Positions 40,403 to 53,700 are shown, counted from the first letter of the whole stretch. The stretch: DNA of 63,834 nucleotides, filler included, from Acidimicrobiia bacterium (GCA_041619515.1; 4 parts of 4 records of this genome joined end to end with filler, not necessarily neighbours in it); one strand, 5' to 3'. A program made the numbers and translations. The notes: generated from the letters alone by a model not told the origin.

Positions 40403-42049
40403 CTAGGCGGCGGACTGAGAGCGATCGCTCAGAATCTGCTTGATGTGGTCGGCGAGACGAACGGCCAGCGCGACGATCGTCAGCGTCGGCATGTCGTTTC
40501 CGACCGTCGGAAACACCGAGCTTCCCGCCACGTACAGATTTGACACGCCGTGGACCCGGCAGTCGCGATCGACAACGCCCTGGGTGGGATCTTCGTGCAT
40601 GCGGGTCGTTCCGACGTGGTGCCAGGTGGTCGTGGGAGGGACCTCCCACTCACCGTCGTCGGATCCGGTGAACGGCGCCTCGAGCCGCCCGAGGCCGGAC
40701 GCCACCAGTTCTTCACCGATCACCTCGTGGGCGACACGGAGCGTCTTGCGAACCTGGGGACCGAGCACCCATCGAAGCTCCACTCTCGGCACTCCGAGCT
40801 CATCGACCTCATCCGTCAGAGTGATCCGGCTTTCGGGGTTTGGGTCGGACTCGAGCACGTTGGCCAGCAGGTAACGCCGGTTGGTCGCCCGCGATTTCAG
40901 AACGCGCTGGCTGAGGGCCGTCCCGACCTTGGGGAGGTCGCGCAGGATGGTGCCGACGTGGTGCCAGAACTTGCGGGGGAAGGTGCGATGCTTCAGCTCC
41001 CAGTAGATGCGCCGGGCCGAGTCCATGCCCTCGGAGTGGTCACCCGAATAGAAGGGCGCCACCCAGGCGCGGTAGTTGAGGATGCCCTCGGACCGCAGGA
41101 CCTCTTCGCTCAACGCGAGGCCACCGGCCACGAGGGTCCGGTTGTACTCGCCCCGGATATGTTGGACCCGCTTGCGCATCTTTCCGTGCGGATCGAAGAA
41201 CTCGGTCCAGTTGCCGGGAACATCCAGATGGATTTCTCCAGCCCACACCATCGGATTGTCCATGAAGAACCGGCCGACGAGGTCGTTCCCGTTGCCGAGA
41301 CCCTTCGGTTCCACCCGGTTGGATGCCAGCAGCAGCCGGGCGTTCTCAACACCGCCGGTCGCAAGGACGTAGGTCGAAGCCTCGACCCGGAACTCGTTCC
41401 CGGCCAGCGTCTTGACCCGCACACCCGTCACCTGGTCGCCCTCGTCGTTGGTTTGGATCTCGACCGCGTTGGCGTGCAGAAGGACATCGATGTTGTCGGC
41501 CTGCTCCATCGCTTTCCGGTAGTCACGTCCGAAGCGGATGGGGGGCCCCAGCTGGCACACTTCGGCCCGCATGCGCCCCGACCCGAAGCTGGGAAGGGCC
41601 ACTGCGTCGTCGCCGAGACGCTCGGTCCAGCTATCGATGTCGTAGTCGAACGGGCCGAGGCCGAGGATCGGCTGTGCCCGCTCGTAGAAGGGATCAAGCT
41701 CAGTGCGGGAAAGGGGCCAACCGCTGAACTCCACCCAGGGGCGGGCAGCGAGGTCGATGTCGGCGAACGGCTTGCACCAACCGCCGTACCCTTCCAAACC
41801 CGTGCTGCCACCGAAATAGCGGAACCTCGTCTCGTCCAGCGGCGCATAGGGGATGCCGGCGTTGCTGTCTCCGTCGTACAGGTGCTGCGGCGACTCGTCC
41901 AGATGGAGGCCACCACCTGCCAGCATGGTCACCCGAGTCCCCGTCCCGGCCAGCTCCAGCCCGAGCGAGATTCCGGCTGCTCCCGCACCGATGATGCACA
42001 GGTCGGTCTCGACGACGTCCGCCGTCAGCTGGGTGGCATTCGAGAACAT
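40403..42049 (-). CDS. GMC family FAD oxidoreductase
   Basis: IIGAGAAG, FGGST, VLATGGVENARLLL, HHVGTTRM, NLYVAGSSVFPT...PTLTIVALA. Confidence 0.9.
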   Translation of the reverse strand: MFSNATQLTADVVETDLCIIGAGAAGISLGLELAGTGTRVTMLAGGGLHLDESPQHLYDGDSNAGIPYAPLDETRFRYFGGSTGLEGYGGWCKPFADIDLAARPWVEFSGWPLSRTELDPFYERAQPILGLGPFDYDIDSWTERLGDDAVALPSFGSGRMRAEVCQLGPPIRFGRDYRKAMEQADNIDVLLHANAVEIQTNDEGDQVTGVRVKTLAGNEFRVEASTYVLATGGVENARLLLASNRVEPKGLGNGNDLVGRFFMDNPMVWAGEIHLDVPGNWTEFFDPHGKMRKRVQHIRGEYNRTLVAGGLALSEEVLRSEGILNYRAWVAPFYSGDHSEGMDSARRIYWELKHRTFPRKFWHHVGTILRDLPKVGTALSQRVLKSRATNRRYLLANVLESDPNPESRITLTDEVDELGVPRVELRWVLGPQVRKTLRVAHEVIGEELVASGLGRLEAPFTGSDDGEWEVPPTTTWHHVGTTRMHEDPTQGVVDRDCRVHGVSNLYVAGSSVFPTVGNDMPTLTIVALAVRLADHIKQILSDRSQSAA

Positions 42050-42271
42050 GTGCGAGGTCCTTTCGTCGTCACTCTAGGTGGTGGAACCGGCCTGCCTTAA
42101 TCTGGCGAAGGTCCGTGCCGCCGCCGGATCCTGGTCCCCAATTCCCGTCGTGTATCGGACGGTGCCCGGCTCGTCTTGATAGGCAAGCCCGGTATCTTCT
42201 TGCTCTGTCGTCCTCCGCAAGACCCTTCCCGGTCAAGTTGGCCGTCCTCGCAACCGAATAGCAGTTGACTG

Positions 42272-43558
42272 ATGCGCCTTTCCAAGTCGATCCCCGCCGG
42301 CCTCCTCGATGCCGGGTCTGCTGCCCTGGCCACCTTCGGCACCGGGGTGTTCGCCGCCAACCATTTCGATGCCGCCGAGCTCGGTGTGTATGCGCTGTTT
42401 TTCGCCATCTTCCTGGCGGCTGCCATCATTCCGTACAAGCTGGCCTTCCTGCCGGCGGAGGTCCGGCTACTGGCCCTGCCTCGGCAGCAGCAGCTCGGCG
42501 GATTTCGCCTCACCATGCCCACCGGGGTGCGGGTTGCGCTGCTCGGCAGCCTGTTGGTGCTGATTGCCTGGATCCCAGCCGCCGACGCAGAGCTGTCGCT
42601 GGTGGCGCCCCTGGCCATCACCACCGTCCTAACCGCCATCCTTTCACCGGTTCAGGATCACATCAGACGGGTCATGCACCAGGCAGGAAAGTCGTGGTTG
42701 GCGGCCTCGACGTCCCTCGTCCAGCTCGCGACCGCAGTGGCGTTCATTGTCGCCGGGATCCTGGCCGGCCTCGATGGGGCGTGGATCCCGTTCGGGGCGT
42801 TGGTGGCGGCAAATACCGTCTCGATCACGGCCGGCCTGCTCCTAGCCCGATGGAGCTCAGTCGCCGCCCCCGGCTCTCCGTACACCCTGCGCGGCCTAGC
42901 CGAGTCGGGCCGGTGGCTGACCGGATTCGGCCTGCTGGCTATGGGCGCCGGCTTCCTGGCGGCAGCCATCGTCGACATCACCGCCGGCAGCGATTCTCTC
43001 GGGTTTGCCGAGGCCGCCCGCATTGCCGCCCGGCCCCTGCTGGTGTTCGTCACCGGGATTTCAGCCGTCCTCAACCCGCCCTCGCTGATGGCCGGGCGGG
43101 ATCGAAACCGGCCTGAGGGTCGGCGGCTATCCCGTATCACCTATGCGCTCGTCATCGCTCCCGGTCTTGTCTTCCTCCTCTGGATGGGGTTCGACTGGGC
43201 GGGCAACCCGATGGCGTGGCTGGTTCAAGAGGCCTTCACTGTCGAGTTCCTCACTGCGGTGACGATTGTCGCCAACGTCGTGTGGGGCATGTTGTTCGCC
43301 GAAGAAGCACAGCTCGTCGGCGGCAAGCGGGAGATCGACATCTTCAAGATCTACGTGGTGGGCACCGTTGCCCAAATCGCCATCGCCTTCACGGCTCCGA
43401 TAACCGAGTCATTCGCTGTTCCACTGTCGATCCTGGGCTTCGGTGTCGTCCGCTACGTCGGGTACCGGTGGGCCCTCGATCGCCTCTACCGCCAGCCACC
43501 GATCGAGGGGCCGGAGGCAAGCCTGGACCCGATCGTGTCCGAGGCACCAGCCGGCTGA
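42272..43558 (+). CDS. polysaccharide flippase-like (Wzx/MOP) membrane protein
   Basis: About 12 TM segments; ELGVYAL in the first loop; two-half organisation. Confidence 0.6.
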   Translation: MRLSKSIPAGLLDAGSAALATFGTGVFAANHFDAAELGVYALFFAIFLAAAIIPYKLAFLPAEVRLLALPRQQQLGGFRLTMPTGVRVALLGSLLVLIAWIPAADAELSLVAPLAITTVLTAILSPVQDHIRRVMHQAGKSWLAASTSLVQLATAVAFIVAGILAGLDGAWIPFGALVAANTVSITAGLLLARWSSVAAPGSPYTLRGLAESGRWLTGFGLLAMGAGFLAAAIVDITAGSDSLGFAEAARIAARPLLVFVTGISAVLNPPSLMAGRDRNRPEGRRLSRITYALVIAPGLVFLLWMGFDWAGNPMAWLVQEAFTVEFLTAVTIVANVVWGMLFAEEAQLVGGKREIDIFKIYVVGTVAQIAIAFTAPITESFAVPLSILGFGVVRYVGYRWALDRLYRQPPIEGPEASLDPIVSEAPAG

Positions 43559-43612
43559 CAGGCGGCTTCCCCGGCCGGCCTCGGCATCGGCGCGCTCGGG
43601 CCCGTTGTCGTC

Positions 43613-43800
43613 AGTTCCCGGTAACCCATGTCGGGTTGGAGGCGACGCCGCCCGCCCAGGCGGTGAACTCGGCTTCGCCCGGTGGCACCGCTATGGAGAA
43701 CAGCACCACGCCGGCTCCATCGGTGAGAGCGGAGATCTCCCCAGTCGAGCCGTCGGCGGTCACCCAGCTGAGCACCAGCTCCCGCCCCTCGAGAGATGAC
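43613..43800 (-). pseudogene. orphan 3' gene fragment (beta-rich, Ig-like)
   Basis: Coding-like frame SLEGRELVLSWVTADGSTGEISALTDGAGVVLFSIAVPPGEAEFTAWAGGVASNPTWVTGN* with no credible start or SD. Confidence 0.35.
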
Positions 43801-43878
43801 CCGTCGGTGTCGTGTTCGCCGAGGGCGCCCGGGCGTGCCTTCAGCGATGGCGCCGACGCGGTCCGCCCGATCGACAGC

Positions 43879-46575
43879 TCAGATCACAACGGGCGGTTCG
43901 GCCTTGCACCCGACTTCGATGAGATCGGCGCCGAGCGCTTCGAACAACTCGCACCGGGCAGAGTCGAACGGCTGATCGACGTCGTAGTTGGAATGGCCCT
44001 TCGTCGGTGGCATCGGGTCCCCGGCGGCGGCGAACTCCGGGAACGGGTCGGGCACGATCCAGTCCACCTTGTTCAATCGGATGCTGCCGTCGGGCTGCAT
44101 CGGCAGGTTCTTGGCCAGCTCGAAACAGTCCTCGTTGCCACGCGCGTCTCCCTCGGTGAAGATGGTGCCGGCGATCGGATCCGTGCAGCGGCGCAGGTTC
44201 CGCCACCTGGCGTACTGCTGATCGGGTGGGTCGCTCGGCTGGGCGACGGCGGGGCCGCCCAGCGATTCGGCAATGAGGTCCATCTGCGCCCGGCCGAAGA
44301 AACGCGGGAAGAACCATCCGTAGAGCGATCTCACCGGGCTCCCGTAGGTGAGCAGCGCCAGCCGGCTGCGGGTCTGGTCGTCCAGCCGAGCAACGGCGGC
44401 CACCGCCAGCACCGTGCCCTGGCTGTGGGCCGAAATCAGCACCCGGTCCTCGTCGGGCTCCCCCGGCTTCGGGGGCCATTGCAGGCGGTGGCGGCGCCGA
44501 AGGTGGGTACGGAGCTGCGGCAGGGCACTGGCCGCGTATGAGGGGGGAGCCAGCGGATGGAACCAGCGAGGCCAGAACGTCAAGATGTCCCACACGCGGG
44601 CGACACTCCGGCGAGTGTCGTCGCTCCGATACGACCGGTAGGCGAGTCCGATCAGAACACCGAAGAGAGCGAGCACCGCCCACTTGCTGAGGCCGACCAA
44701 CCAGGTCCACTCGGTGAGCCGGTCCTGGAACCCCAGATCGTCACCGAACGCGAGTGCCACGATGTCGGCGAACGCCCACAGCCCGAGGGCAAGCGCAACG
44801 ATGACGATGATCAAGCCGATCCGAACGCCCCGGTTGCGGCCCCACTGCACGGCCAGGCGGGTTCCGGCCAAACTGATGCTCCACTTGGAGAACTGCTCAT
44901 GCGCCTCCCACAGCTCGCGCAGCTCGTCGTCGCTGAGCCGGCCCAGCTCCTCCGGAAACCGCTTGCGCGCCCGCTCACCGGTCCCGCACGCTTCGATCTC
45001 GCTCCACATCTCGTCGGACAGCCTGAGGAGGCCATCGCGTTTCTTGCGGAGCGATCGCAGCTTGGCGTAGTACACGAGGAATAGCACCAGCACTACGAGG
45101 CCGATGATGAGGAGAACGACCCCACCGGCACCGTAATAGCCAGGGATATCGATCTCGTACGCGACGGCACACGTATCGCATCGCTCCTGGGTAGGTGAGT
45201 ATCGATCCAGGAAGTCGGCGAGCCACAGCGCTCCTCCCACCACGATGGGTATGCCGGTGATGACTCCGAGGGAGGCGCTTACCAGCTGTCCCCACCGGCT
45301 CCGGTTCTTCTCGGGATAGGGGGCCATGGCGACCATGGCGAAGAGCACGGCAATGAGGGCGACGATCGGCAGCAACGCCACGACGACGCCGGCCGCGTTG
45401 AAGTGGTTGCGGATCTCGATGATCTGGTCGGCGGGGCCGCCCAGGAAGGGCTGGAGCTCCTGGAACGTCTGGGCGGATGCCCAGCCGGCCGCCACCACGG
45501 CCCCGAGCAGGAGCAGGCTCGCCCACAGCAACCTCCACGTCATGCGGCGGGGACGGGTGCCGCCCGGGAGGGTGCCCCACAAGGCCACCCCGACCGTGAA
45601 AGCGAGCGACACCGCGGCCAGCGCGAGAAACAGCAGGTTGTCGTCGCCGGCGGCGTCTTCGAGCCACGCCACCGTGAAAGCGAACACCGAAGCGATGGCG
45701 GCTATCGCCACCGCCAGGTGCACCCGCAGCAAGGCTCCCACCCGGTACTTGGCGTGCCAGAGGTCGTCGCGGGCAAGCTCGGTCGGAGTCATTCCCTCTC
45801 CCGTGATCTGTTTGCGGGCGTCTGATGAGTTCTCCGCCGTCTGCTCGCCGTCGTCTTCGGGCGCCGTCGTGAGCGCGTACAGCTGGGCCTCCGAGGAGCG
45901 CTGGCTGACGATGCCGATGCGCCAAAGCGCCGCCAGACCCAGCAGGGGAGCAACCAGGCCGATCGCCATGAGGGCAACCGGCCGGCCCTGGATCGACTGC
46001 ATCCAATCCCAATTCAGCCACTTCAGCCAGGAATGCCCGGCGGCGCAGTCGGAGTTGGCGCCGCACTGGAGCGCCGCCATGTCGATGAAGATGGCGGCCA
46101 GCCACAGGGCGAACACGAGCGTGACCCACACTCCGAGCAAGCGGATGACCCGATTGCGCCCACCGCCGCTACCCGGATGGAAGGTGTCATCCCGGCTGTC
46201 CGGTGAAGCTCCCGATTCACGAGCGGGGGGTGCCATCCAACCGGCGGAGTTGACCAGCGCGAATGGCAGCAACAGCACCCACAGGGACTTCTTGAGACGG
46301 GTGAGAAACCCGCCGCCGGAGGTCAATCCACCCCAGGTGTAGGCCTCGCGGGTCGCCATGCGATTGTCGGCCTGGGTGCGGTGCACGTGACCGGGAGCGT
46401 TCTTGTCCCGGCGGGTGACGTGCTTGGCACGGTAGAAGCCGGAGACGTCGTCGCCGGCAACCAGCACCGCCTCGTCTTCGATCAAAGATTCGGGCGACGC
46501 CCCGCCAACGCCATGGATGAGTAGCTCGGTGGGTCCGGACAGGTCACGCTCACGGTCTACGTTGTACTTGCCCAT
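43879..46575 (-). CDS. polytopic membrane protein with a split alpha/beta-hydrolase (lipase-like) domain
   Basis: N-terminal ELLIHGVGG; a central block of 12 or more TM segments; C-terminal VLISAHSQG (Ser), LLTYGSP, TDPIAG (Asp), GHSNY (His). GGAGG SD. Confidence 0.75.
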   Translation of the reverse strand: MGKYNVDRERDLSGPTELLIHGVGGASPESLIEDEAVLVAGDDVSGFYRAKHVTRRDKNAPGHVHRTQADNRMATREAYTWGGLTSGGGFLTRLKKSLWVLLLPFALVNSAGWMAPPARESGASPDSRDDTFHPGSGGGRNRVIRLLGVWVTLVFALWLAAIFIDMAALQCGANSDCAAGHSWLKWLNWDWMQSIQGRPVALMAIGLVAPLLGLAALWRIGIVSQRSSEAQLYALTTAPEDDGEQTAENSSDARKQITGEGMTPTELARDDLWHAKYRVGALLRVHLAVAIAAIASVFAFTVAWLEDAAGDDNLLFLALAAVSLAFTVGVALWGTLPGGTRPRRMTWRLLWASLLLLGAVVAAGWASAQTFQELQPFLGGPADQIIEIRNHFNAAGVVVALLPIVALIAVLFAMVAMAPYPEKNRSRWGQLVSASLGVITGIPIVVGGALWLADFLDRYSPTQERCDTCAVAYEIDIPGYYGAGGVVLLIIGLVVLVLFLVYYAKLRSLRKKRDGLLRLSDEMWSEIEACGTGERARKRFPEELGRLSDDELRELWEAHEQFSKWSISLAGTRLAVQWGRNRGVRIGLIIVIVALALGLWAFADIVALAFGDDLGFQDRLTEWTWLVGLSKWAVLALFGVLIGLAYRSYRSDDTRRSVARVWDILTFWPRWFHPLAPPSYAASALPQLRTHLRRRHRLQWPPKPGEPDEDRVLISAHSQGTVLAVAAVARLDDQTRSRLALLTYGSPVRSLYGWFFPRFFGRAQMDLIAESLGGPAVAQPSDPPDQQYARWRNLRRCTDPIAGTIFTEGDARGNEDCFELAKNLPMQPDGSIRLNKVDWIVPDPFPEFAAAGDPMPPTKGHSNYDVDQPFDSARCELFEALGADLIEVGCKAEPPVVI

Positions 46576-46652
46576 GCTGCCTCCAGTTCAGCACCGGCGC
46601 CCCATGCAACCCTACTCACGGGGCCCGGCGGGTGGGTGGACGGACAACACAC

Positions 46653-47492
46653 CTAGCTGCCGACGAGGTTGTCGAACAAGAAGTCGGCGGCCTCGTCGAC
46701 CGCGGCACGTGACAGCGCCTGAGCTTCGGCGTAACTCCGAGGCTCGAATCCCTTGGGCTTGGGCCGGAAGGCGGTGGTGAGAGTGGGGTGCAGCTTGCCC
46801 TCCGAGCCCGCCGGCTCGTCGAGGCTGCGGACCGGAGCTGCCTGCGAATAGCAGGCTTCGATGGCCGCAATCCGCTCGTCCGGACATGCCTCGTCGCGCA
46901 GGAAGCGAAACGCCTTCAGCGGTGTCGGGTCGCCGCAGGCCTCCTCGAGCTCCGACTCGCTCAGCCCGATGGAGACGCGCCTCCGTGCCGTGTTGCCCAC
47001 CTTCTTCACCCACGGCAGGGCCGGCTGGGCGGACACCCCGGCGCCGATAGAGGGATGCGGCAGGGCTGCCAGGACGACGCCACCGGTCATGCACATGCCG
47101 ATGACACCGACCTGGTGCCCGTGCTCGTCGTGAAGGTGAGCCGCCAGCCTCTCCACCCAATCGGTGAAGCGGCTCCGCTTGGCTGTGGCCAGCAGATACA
47201 TTTCCCGGCGCACACACAGCTTGGCAACACCACCCAGCATGTGCAGCATCCGGCGGGGGTCGTTGGGCCCGTCCCCGGGGGCCAGCTTGCCGTACAGGGT
47301 GGGGGTGTACACGGTGAAGCGCCGACTCAGGTGCAGCGCCAGCCGCTGGCACGATCGGCCCAGTCCGTCCAGCTCGTGAAGGAGGATCACGGCCGGCCGG
47401 CCGCCGCCGACCCGGTACACGTCGTAGGCCGGCCTCCCCACTTCTGGAAATCGGAACGGCTCCAGCCCCTCGTACGGTTGATCCTCCCCCAT
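46653..47492 (-). CDS. dienelactone hydrolase family protein
   Basis: VILLHELDG, GVIGMCMTGG Cys nucleophile elbow, LHPTLT. SD GGAGG; upstream TACAAT. Confidence 0.8.
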   Translation of the reverse strand: MGEDQPYEGLEPFRFPEVGRPAYDVYRVGGGRPAVILLHELDGLGRSCQRLALHLSRRFTVYTPTLYGKLAPGDGPNDPRRMLHMLGGVAKLCVRREMYLLATAKRSRFTDWVERLAAHLHDEHGHQVGVIGMCMTGGVVLAALPHPSIGAGVSAQPALPWVKKVGNTARRRVSIGLSESELEEACGDPTPLKAFRFLRDEACPDERIAAIEACYSQAAPVRSLDEPAGSEGKLHPTLTTAFRPKPKGFEPRSYAEAQALSRAAVDEAADFLFDNLVGS

Positions 47493-47633
47493 CCCATTGC
47501 CTCCAACAGTCACGGGCGCAGATTGTATCGCCGGGTCGATCCGCCGGCCGCCGCGCCGGTGACGGGCTGTTTGCTATTTTTCGAATGCGGCCGGATGGCA
47601 AGGCCGGCCGCGAGGCCTATCGAGGAGGGGTCC

Positions 47634-48548
47634 ATGGCAACCTGGCTGGCGAGCGCCGACCGGAGAGAACGTGTAGCCGGTCATCGTCCGCGCCGGGGGG
47701 ATGCGCCCCCGCGAATCGTTCTCCACACGACCGAGACCCCCAGCCTCCCCGGCTACAGCAATGGGAAGAGCGCCCCTCACTTCACGGTTGGAGTCGGACA
47801 CCCCGAATCGCTTCGCAAGCTGTCGGCAGGGCAAGTCCGCGTGTGGCAGCACTTCCCGATGAACCGGACCGCCCGGGCGCTGCGAGGTGGCCCCGGGAAG
47901 GCTGAAACCAACCACATGGGGTCGCACTGCATCCAGATCGAGATGATCACCTACGTCGGCGACACCCCCAACCGGCCCGGGAACCGCGGGCGGCTGCCGG
48001 CTCCCCTCATGGAAGCAGTCGCCGGCGTCGTCCGCCAGATCGTCGCCGAGATCCCCGGCATCAACATCGATTCGTACCCCGCACCGGAACGGTGGCGAGC
48101 GTCCGGCGGCTACGGGCTGGAGGCGCCCCAGCGATTCAGCGACCGGGAGTGGGAGCGCTTCAACGGGATATGCGGGCATCAACACGTTCCGCACAACACG
48201 CACTGGGATCCGGGCGGATTCGACATCGCCCGGTTCGTCGGCCTGGTCAAGGGAACGGCGCCGTCGCCGTCGCCACCGGCCGACGGCCGGATCGAGGAAG
48301 CAGCGCGTACCGGATGGCCCCGGCTGTTGCGGCAGGGTGATCGGTGCCGCGAGGTGGCGGTCATCCGGGCGGTCCTGCAAGGGCTCGGATACGGAGACCT
48401 CGGCAAGAGCCGGCTGTTCAGCCAGAAGCTGGACGGGGCGCTGCGGGCGTTCCAGGCCGCTGAGGCCATCGATGTCGACGGCATCTGGGGGCCCGAAACC
48501 CACCGCCACGCCGAGGGTCGCATCGCAGTCGAACTGAGCAGGGAGTGA
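47634..48548 (+). CDS. N-acetylmuramoyl-L-alanine amidase (Amidase_2-like) with a C-terminal peptidoglycan-binding domain
   Basis: IVLHTTE, APHF, QIEM, GICGHQHVPHNTHWDPG, then LLRQGDR...LRAFQ...VDGIWGPET. GAGGAGG SD. Confidence 0.82.
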   Translation: MATWLASADRRERVAGHRPRRGDAPPRIVLHTTETPSLPGYSNGKSAPHFTVGVGHPESLRKLSAGQVRVWQHFPMNRTARALRGGPGKAETNHMGSHCIQIEMITYVGDTPNRPGNRGRLPAPLMEAVAGVVRQIVAEIPGINIDSYPAPERWRASGGYGLEAPQRFSDREWERFNGICGHQHVPHNTHWDPGGFDIARFVGLVKGTAPSPSPPADGRIEEAARTGWPRLLRQGDRCREVAVIRAVLQGLGYGDLGKSRLFSQKLDGALRAFQAAEAIDVDGIWGPETHRHAEGRIAVELSRE

Positions 48549-48645
48549 GACTGCAATCCACCTGAGACCCCGGGACCGCCGGGCACCCGAAGCTAGGCTT
48601 CCCCAGGACGCTCGTCCCGCGCCGATGCTTGGGGGGCCCTGACGG

Positions 48646-50712
<2,067 letters not shown>

Positions 50713-50748
50713 CGGTGAGGCGATCTCGCCGGCGCCCGGCGAGGTGAC

Positions 50749-53700
50749 ATGGACGCATCCAATCGGCACCCGCCCAACCCCTACGTGGGCCCCCGTTCAT
50801 TCCAACAAGGGGAGCGAATCTACGGCCGGGACCGGGAGGCGAACGAGCTCCTCAACCTGATCATCGCCGAGCGCATCGTGCTGCTCCATTCGCCCTCCGG
50901 CGCCGGCAAGACGTCGCTGGTGCACGCGGCGCTGATTCCGCGCCTCCTCAGCAGGCGGTTCGACGTGCTGCCGGTGGTGCGCCTCAACCTCGAGTCCGCC
51001 GCAGGCGCCCGCCGGAGTGGGCAGAACCGGTACGTGCTGAGTGCGATTGCCTCGTTGCAGGAGACGGGCTCGACGGGCGCGAGCTCGCCGGGTCGGGAGC
51101 CGGCCAGCCTGGCGGAATTCCTGGCCGAGCGGTCGTCGCAAGGCGACGGCAGGTTCGAGATTCTCATCTTCGACCAGTTCGAGGAGATCCTGACCCTCGA
51201 CCCAACCGACCGGGACGCCAAGCGCGAGTTCTTCAGCCAGGTCGGTGAGGCGCTTCGCGACACCAATCGCTGGGCCCTGTTTTCGATGCGGGACGACTTC
51301 GTGGCCGCACTCAAGCCATACCTGCTGCCGATACCCAACCGGTTCAACACGACCTTCCGCCTCGACCTGCTCGGGCCCGAGGCAGCCGCCCTGGCCATCC
51401 AGCAGCCGGCCCTCGAGGCGGGTGTCGAGTTCGAGGACGACGCCGCTCAGCAGCTCATCGACGACCTCAGACGGGTACAGGTGCAGCAGCCGGACGGGAC
51501 CCTCGAGCCGCAGCCGGGGTTGCATGTCGAGCCCGTCCAGCTGCAGGTGGTGTGCTACCGGCTATGGGAGAGCGCTGCCACCGCCGACGGAGCCATTACG
51601 CAAGCCGACCTGGCGAGGTTCGGGCAGGTTGACCAGTCTCTGGTCGACGAATCGCTGGCCGGCTACTACGCAGAAAGCGTTTCGCAGGCAATCGCCGGAA
51701 CGGAGATCTCCGAGCGGGCTGTGCGGGAGTGGTTCGATCGGCACCTGATAACCGAGCTGGGCGTGCGCGGAACCGTGCTGCGGGGACCTGATCGCAGCGA
51801 GGGCCTCGACAACACAGTCATTCAACGTCTGGTCGATTCTCACCTCGTGCGCGGTGACAGCCGGGGCGGAGCGACCTGGTTCGAGCTGGCTCACGATCGA
51901 CTGATCGGTCCGGTGCGGGCCAGCAACCGTGTGTGGTTCAAAGCCAATCTCAGCCTCGTCCAGGAGCAGGCCGGGAAATGGGATGCGACCGGACGCCCGG
52001 AGAGCCTCCTGTTACGCAAGGACGATCTGCGCGCCGCCGAAGAATGGGCCGGCTCCTATGACGGGGAGCTCTTGGCGGTAGAGGAGGATTATCTGAGCGC
52101 CGGCCGCCGGCTGGCGGCCCGGGAGCGGCGGGCCAGCATCCGGAATCGGCTCATTGCGGTACTGGCGGTGGTCTCGATCATCCTGGCGGGTGCGGCCTAC
52201 CTGGCATGGCAGGAAGCCAAGGATCAGGAGCTTCTCGCTCAGGCCGGGCGCTCCGACGCGTTGGCCCAGCTATCCAAGAGCCTGGTGGACTCCTCCCCTT
52301 CTCTCAGCATGCTCTTGGCTATCGAAAACCTCGACTCAACCGCCGCAGTGTTCGGCACCAGGTCGGCGTCGGCGGAGGAGGCGCTCCGGGCCGGGCTGAG
52401 CTCGCCGCGTGGAATCGCGCTCCCGGGCCATGAAGGGCCGGTCGATCGTCTCGCCTTGAGCCCGGCGGAAGATTGGCTGGCCACCGCCGGCCCCGAGCAA
52501 ACTCGAGCTCTTCTTTGGGACATTTCGGACTCGACTGCTGATCCGATCGTGCTCGACCATGAGGGCACGGTCACCGCCCTGGTCTTCGGTCCGGGCGGGC
52601 GGCGGCTGGCAACCGGCAGCGCCGACACGCAGGTGCGGATATGGGACGTGGCTCAGCCCGCCCAGGTTCAGATCCTCGACCACGGGCGGGCTGTGCGCGC
52701 CGTTGCGCTCACGGAGGACTGGATTGCCAGTGCAGGCACCGGGACGTTTCACCTGTGGCGGCCGGCCGGCGGCAACGGCGCTCCAGTCGAGCACGAACTC
52801 GAGCTGCCCGAGACGAGCGGCGTGACCGAATCCGTGACGCTCAGCCCCGACGGTACCTGGCTTGCGGCCGGCTTCGACAATCGGGTCATCGCATGGGACC
52901 TGAGGGATCCCTTTCCCCGCTTCGTGGATGTGGCGGTCCACTCGAATCTGGTGACGGCAGTCGTATTCAGCTCCGACGGGAGCTGGCTGGCATCGGGCAG
53001 CGATGACGGCGGGGTGATGCTGGCCGCCGTCTCCGATGCAGGAATCTCGAGCCCGGAGGAGATGGTGGGACACACCGACGGGATACGGGCGCTGGCCTTC
53101 GGTGGGCACCACCTCGCCGCTGGAAGCAAGGACAGCACGGCTCGGGTCTGGGACCTGAACGACGTTCCGCCCACGAAGACCGGCAACCCTCGGGTGCTCA
53201 CACACCCGGATTGGGTCAACGCGCTGGCATTCGCCCCCAACAGCGAGTGGCTGCTGACCGGCAGCGGGGACGGAGCTGCCCGCACCTGGAGGCTCGCCGA
53301 TCCGGTTGCTGATGCCGGCTCGAGCATCGAGAACGCAGTCGGCACCCTCGTCCTGGAAGATGGCTTCCAGTTGCGTGGCCATGAGCAGGCCGTCCTCGCC
53401 GTCGCCGCCGGAGAGCGCTGGCTGGCCACCAGTTCCGACGATGGGTTCGTGCGGTTGTTCGAGCTGGCAGAGGCAGATGAGGTGACCTGGCTGCTGGCCG
53501 ATCCGATGGTCGACCCGATCGTCGTCCCCGGCCCCGGAGCCAGCACCTTCGCCGCAGCCGATGGAGTACTGGCAGGCGGCGGAGGCAGCGGGCCGGCCAG
53601 GCTGTGGTCCTGGACCGGTGATTCGATGATTCCGGTTTCGGGCCCATCCCTCCGCGACGGTGCCCCGGGTGAGGGGGTCGGGACGATCGCCCTCAGTCGG

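Noticed and set aside
46788..47633. N-terminal 282 aa of the 586-aa ORF-track amidase
   Set aside because: It overlaps the dienelactone hydrolase on the opposite strand. The likely real start is ATG 47634 after a strong SD.
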